This document shows positions 59,611-64,000 of a DNA stretch of 64,000 nucleotides, piece after piece. The stretch is from Promethearchaeota archaeon. GTDB taxonomy: Archaea > Asgardarchaeota > Lokiarchaeia > Sigyniarchaeales > SOKP01. The notes below the pieces were generated by a model. The model was not told the origin of the DNA and did no database searches. It saw nothing but the letters and a program-made list of their open reading frames with translations. The stretch's first letter is position 1. Every line of letters starts with the position of its first letter. Location: assembly GCA_019057795.1 (NCBI GenBank), contig JAHLWS010000067.1, forward strand, positions 16,984-80,983. Direction: 5' to 3'. Made by a program: the position numbers and the translations under genes.

Positions 59611-60933
59611 TTAGTTTAACTCTACTTTTGCTCCTAATTTTTTAATATCTTCAATAAAATTTGGATAAGAATCCTTCACAATTTCGATATCCAATATCTG
59701 AGAAAAGCCTTCAGCATATAAACACGCAACGGTAAACGCCATAGCAACTCTGTGATCGTTTTCGTGATTTATGTTAGCACCTTTTAAGTTATCACAATGA
59801 TATATAGTAAGTTTATCTTCTTTTTCCTCTACTGTAACTCCCATTTTACCTAATTCTCTAGCAATTATTAATATTCTATCGCTTTCTTTATCTCTTAGAC
59901 TTGAAGCATTAAATAATTCAGTCTTACCCTTAGCAAATGCGCCAATAATTGATAATATAGGGAATAAGTCGGGATTTTCGCGGATATCAATGGGCAAACC
60001 AATTAATGGACATTTTTTTAGATTGCCATTAACAGTAATAGAATTTTTATCTCGATTAACTTCGATATTTGCTCCCATCTCTTGTAAAATCTTAATTATT
60101 TTTTGATCCCCTTGAGGTTTGTCAAAATTAAGATTGGTTATAATGATCTTAGAGTCTTCGGGAGACAGTATAGCCGCAGCTATAATAAAAGAAATAGAAG
60201 AAAAATCACCAGGTATTTCGTAAGTTTGGGCTCTATATTTCTGCCCACATGTAATTAGGTATTTACCAACTTTCAGTTCGTCTAAACTTTCTTGAATGTT
60301 AATTCCAAATGAGTTTAAAACATCTAAAGTTATATTTATGTATGGATAGGAAATAAGAGGAGATGTAATTTCAACTGTAATATGATCATTTTTTTTACAA
60401 ATTAACAATGGGCACACCATCAATAGAGCTGAAACAAACTGAGAACTAACATCTCCTTGAATTTCTATTGTACTACATTTTTTACTTTTTCGCTTGATAG
60501 TTAACGTTTCTTCAGTTAAGTCATAGCTACCCCCAATACTTTCCAAAGCATTTAATAATGGAAGAAGTGGTCTCCTTCTTTTAATAAATTCACCCGAAAA
60601 AGAAAGACCCCCTTTAATCATCATAGCTAACGCGCTAAATATCCTAATAGAAGTACCTGAATTTTTGCAGTCGAATAATGGATTAATTTGTTTAATTAAA
60701 CCTTCATATCTCTTAACTATATACTTATCGTTTGATCCTTTCGTAATTTTATGGCCCAAAGACTTTAAGAAATCTATAGTAACTTTAACATCACCAGAAG
60801 TTAAAGGGTTTTTAATTATTGATACTCCTTCAGCAAGGCTCGCAGCTATAAAAGCACGATGAGAATAGCTTTTAGAAGGTGGCGCAATAATTTCACCTTG
60901 AAGTCTCGTTGTAGGGGATATTCGAAGTTTCAT
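59611..60933 (-). CDS. aroA: 3-phosphoshikimate 1-carboxyvinyltransferase
   Basis: PPSKSYSHR, NSGTSIR, SSQFVSALL, KESDR, DHRVAM, SYP. Confidence 0.95.
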   Translation of the reverse strand: MKLRISPTTRLQGEIIAPPSKSYSHRAFIAASLAEGVSIIKNPLTSGDVKVTIDFLKSLGHKITKGSNDKYIVKRYEGLIKQINPLFDCKNSGTSIRIFSALAMMIKGGLSFSGEFIKRRRPLLPLLNALESIGGSYDLTEETLTIKRKSKKCSTIEIQGDVSSQFVSALLMVCPLLICKKNDHITVEITSPLISYPYINITLDVLNSFGINIQESLDELKVGKYLITCGQKYRAQTYEIPGDFSSISFIIAAAILSPEDSKIIITNLNFDKPQGDQKIIKILQEMGANIEVNRDKNSITVNGNLKKCPLIGLPIDIRENPDLFPILSIIGAFAKGKTELFNASSLRDKESDRILIIARELGKMGVTVEEKEDKLTIYHCDNLKGANINHENDHRVAMAFTVACLYAEGFSQILDIEIVKDSYPNFIEDIKKLGAKVELN

Positions 60934-61124
60934 TTGGGATATTTCAACATTTAAAAGTATTAGTTATTAAATAAAAATAAAAGAAAACCTCGATTATAAC
61001 TTTATTTTTTTATAACTTAGAATTGCGATGGAGAAAGATTTATAAAAAATAATAAGTGAAAACTACTCTTAATATATTAATTATATCGTATAATTGATTG
61101 TATCCTTTAATTTTTATAGCTGAG

Positions 61125-62243
61125 ATGATAAAATTGGGAGATAACACATTTGGAAAAATATTTAAAATCACTTCGTTTGGAGAAAGTCATGGTATGTTAG
61201 TAGGTGTTATTATTGATGGAGCGCCTGCTGGGTTAGAATTTGATTTAGATATTATTCAAAGAGAATTAGATAAAAGAAGCCCTGGACAATCTCATTTAAC
61301 AACATCTCGAGCAGAATTAGATAAAGCCGAAGTTTTATCTGGAATTTTTAATAATAAAACGACAGGAGCTCCAATTTGTCTGATAGTCAAAAATGAGGAC
61401 GTAGATTCGTCAAAATATGAGCGATTTAAAGAATTGCTTAGACCGTCTCAAGTGGATTATGTTCTTTCGCAGAAATTTGGTGATTTCGCCGATTATCGCG
61501 GTTCTGGAAGATTTTCAGGAAGAATTACAGCAGGATTCGTAATGGCGGGAGCACTTGCTAAACAAATCTTAAGTAGGGTTAGTATTTCAGTCTTTGCATA
61601 TACAAGGAGTATTGGGAAAATTGAAGATTCAATAAATTATAATATTAAAGATATCAACACTTTTATCCAGAAACGAGAAATCTCACCTGTAAGAGCATTA
61701 AATCCAGATTTATCAAAAAAAATGGAACATGAAATTGAAGTAGTTCAAAAAGCTAACGATTCGATTGGAGGAACTATTAGTTGTATAATCAGTAACTTTC
61801 CCGTTGGAATTGGTGGACCTCTTTTCAATAGTCTTGAATCCAATATTAGCAAGGCTATTTTTTCTATACCCGCAATAAAAGGAATTGAGTTTGGTGCTGG
61901 GTTTAAGGCTGCAAAAATGAAAGGGTCTGAACATAACGACCCATGGACTATAAAAGAGGGGAAAATTAGAACCTTGAAAAATGATTCTGGTGGAATTATA
62001 GGAGGAATCTCTACAGGTATGCCAATTAAATTCACTGTTGCAGTCAAACCAACGCCTTCTATAGGATTAACTCAAAAAACAGTTAATGTTAAAACAATGA
62101 AAGAAGAGGAAATTAAAATAGAAGGGCGTCATGACCCGTGTATTGTCCCAAGAGCCGTTGTAGTTGTTGAGTCTATGGCGGCTATAGTTCTATTAGATTA
62201 TCTTTTAATTGAAGGAAAAATCCCTTCAGTGTTAAAAACTTAA
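61125..62243 (+). CDS. aroC: Chorismate synthase
   Basis: FGESHG, RFSGRIT, GSEHND, KPTPSI, GRHDPCI; start probably ATG 61125 or TTG 61134. Confidence 0.95.
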   Translation: MIKLGDNTFGKIFKITSFGESHGMLVGVIIDGAPAGLEFDLDIIQRELDKRSPGQSHLTTSRAELDKAEVLSGIFNNKTTGAPICLIVKNEDVDSSKYERFKELLRPSQVDYVLSQKFGDFADYRGSGRFSGRITAGFVMAGALAKQILSRVSISVFAYTRSIGKIEDSINYNIKDINTFIQKREISPVRALNPDLSKKMEHEIEVVQKANDSIGGTISCIISNFPVGIGGPLFNSLESNISKAIFSIPAIKGIEFGAGFKAAKMKGSEHNDPWTIKEGKIRTLKNDSGGIIGGISTGMPIKFTVAVKPTPSIGLTQKTVNVKTMKEEEIKIEGRHDPCIVPRAVVVVESMAAIVLLDYLLIEGKIPSVLKT

Positions 62244-62409
62244 ATATTTTTATTTTTTAAAAGAACTTAGATTTCCTTATGGACATTATAATTATCGCGT
62301 AATAATTAAAAATATTCTTAATTTTCTAAAAATATCTTGTATTATTGTAAAATTAATATATGTTATATTTATTCAAACAATTTATGATAAAAAAAGGAGA
62401 TAAAAAATA

Positions 62410-63852
62410 ATGAAGGGAGCAAAAGAAACTCTAACGGCAATTTTACTTGGTGCTGGTAATAGAGGAATGACTGTTTATGGTGAATATGCATTAAAATATC
62501 CAGAAAAGTTGAAATTTGTAGCAGTTGCTGAACCTATTAAGATCAGAAGAGAAAAATTTGCTCAACTTCATGAAATTCCACCTAATAAGTGTTTTATAAG
62601 TTGGGAGGATTTATTACAAGAAGAAAAATTAGTTGAAACTGCTTTTATTTGCACACAGGATCAAATGCACATTAAACCAACAATCAAGGCGTTAGAAATT
62701 GGGTACAATGTTCTATTAGAAAAACCTATGGCTCACACTTTAGAAGGTTGTATCAAAATTGTCAAAAAAGTTGAGGAAACTGGTAGAATACTAGGAATTA
62801 GCCATGTTTTAAGATATACAAATTTCTTTTCGACTATTAAAGATACTATTCAAAAAGGGTTATTGGGAAATCTTGTTAATATTTCACAACGAGAAAATGT
62901 AAGTTGGTATCATATGGCGCACAGTTTTGTTAGAGGAAACTGGAGGAATGTAAGAACATCATCCCCTATGATATTGGCAAAATGCTGTCACGATCTTGAT
63001 TTGTTATTTTGGATGGTTGGTGCTTTACCAAAAAAAATAAGTTCGTTTGGAAGTCTAATACATTTTAATTCAGTTAATGCTCCTAAGAATGCTCCAAAAT
63101 ATTGTGTTGAAGGATGTCCTATAGAAAATATTTGTTTGTATTACGCTCCAAGAATATATATCGATATAATTCCGATAATTCAAATATTAGAAAAAAGCGA
63201 TAAAAAAGGATTTAGGATTCTCGCTAATCTGAGAAAAAATCATATACAACTCTTAACTGGACTGAGCAAATTAATAAAACTTTTACAACGATTGAGATAT
63301 TGGAAGGATTGGCCTGTGGAACCTCTCTATTCCGGTCTTCCTGAAGAAAGCACCGAAGATTACTCTGATGAAACGAAAATGAAAATTCTAAAAACGAGTC
63401 CTTACGGTAGGTGCGTCTATAAATGCGATAACGATGTAGTTGACCATCAGGTTGTTAATATCGAATTCGAAAATAAAGTTACGGTTAATTTAACAATGCA
63501 TGGATTTAGCGAACGGGAGGGGCGTACATTAAGGATTGACGGAACTAAAGCTACGTTAATTGGACAATTCTCCGATGCGGGGCAGAAAATTACCTTATTC
63601 GATCATTTTTCAGGTACTGAAAAAGTAATTTTTTCTCAACAGCTCTCTCTTGATAGTTCTGGTCATGGCGGAGGCGATTTCTCGTTAATCGATGCGTTTT
63701 TAGAAACTTTAGTTGGTAAGAGCAAATCCCAACCTTTAACAAACGCAAACGAAACTTTAGAAAGTCATCTCATGGCTTTTGCTGCTGAAGAATCTCGCTT
63801 AAAAGGAAAAGTTATTGAGATGCGAGAGTTTCGTATAAAAGCACAAAAATAG
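62410..63852 (+). CDS. Gfo/Idh/MocA family oxidoreductase
   Basis: GAGNRG, LEKPMA, HSFVRGNW, KCCHDLD, GHGGGD. Confidence 0.9.
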   Translation: MKGAKETLTAILLGAGNRGMTVYGEYALKYPEKLKFVAVAEPIKIRREKFAQLHEIPPNKCFISWEDLLQEEKLVETAFICTQDQMHIKPTIKALEIGYNVLLEKPMAHTLEGCIKIVKKVEETGRILGISHVLRYTNFFSTIKDTIQKGLLGNLVNISQRENVSWYHMAHSFVRGNWRNVRTSSPMILAKCCHDLDLLFWMVGALPKKISSFGSLIHFNSVNAPKNAPKYCVEGCPIENICLYYAPRIYIDIIPIIQILEKSDKKGFRILANLRKNHIQLLTGLSKLIKLLQRLRYWKDWPVEPLYSGLPEESTEDYSDETKMKILKTSPYGRCVYKCDNDVVDHQVVNIEFENKVTVNLTMHGFSEREGRTLRIDGTKATLIGQFSDAGQKITLFDHFSGTEKVIFSQQLSLDSSGHGGGDFSLIDAFLETLVGKSKSQPLTNANETLESHLMAFAAEESRLKGKVIEMREFRIKAQK

Positions 63853-64000
63853 AAATTTCGGTTAATTTTACAAAGGAATGATTAATTATTAAATTTTCGC
63901 CTAACTCTCCATAATTTAATCGTTCTAACAAATTTTTTTCATCTTTCACCTAATTCCTTAAACAATACTATCGTGTTATCTGTGGATTCTTGTCAGTCAA

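Noticed and set aside
63853-64000. Possible partial gene at the right edge
   Set aside because: No convincing open frame or motif in the available bases

Overview
AT-rich archaeal chromosome segment, most likely from an Asgard archaeon (Lokiarchaeia-like). The inference rests on archaeal Rpo3/eL18/thermosome/TrpRS, three small GTPases (one a Rag/Arf-roadblock fusion) and a Loki-style LRR protein. The window has two parts. (1) Positions ~1-13,320 form a visibly more AT-rich accessory/defence-like island. Its centrepiece is a 1626-aa single-chain NLR-like protein with an intact caspase-clan CHAT protease (His77/Cys124), a STAND/NACHT-like NTPase and a long LRR array. Around it lie a DUF4062 (TIR-like) protein, a C39-like peptidase, a PD-(D/E)XK nuclease and an unlisted ORF of at least 744 aa (TFIIB-cyclin-like repeats plus a RecB/Cas4-like nuclease) that runs off the window edge. 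The island's right border is a chimeric ORF in which a polyferredoxin is cut and fused to an S8-peptidase-like fragment. (2) Positions ~13,800-64,000 hold core genes: an hsp20-cdc48-ArsR-HExxH heat-shock operon with a palindromic operator, a MesC-like core methionine synthase, an orphan adenine MTase, two metV-metF cassettes (one in an hdrA/mvhD-hdrC-hdrB-metV-metF operon), pckG, thermosome, msrB, trpS, trmI, glyA, rpoD-rpl18e-rpl13-rps9, aroA and aroC. No tRNA, rRNA, CRISPR array, integrase or transposase was recognised. All family assignments come from manual motif recognition, not database searches.
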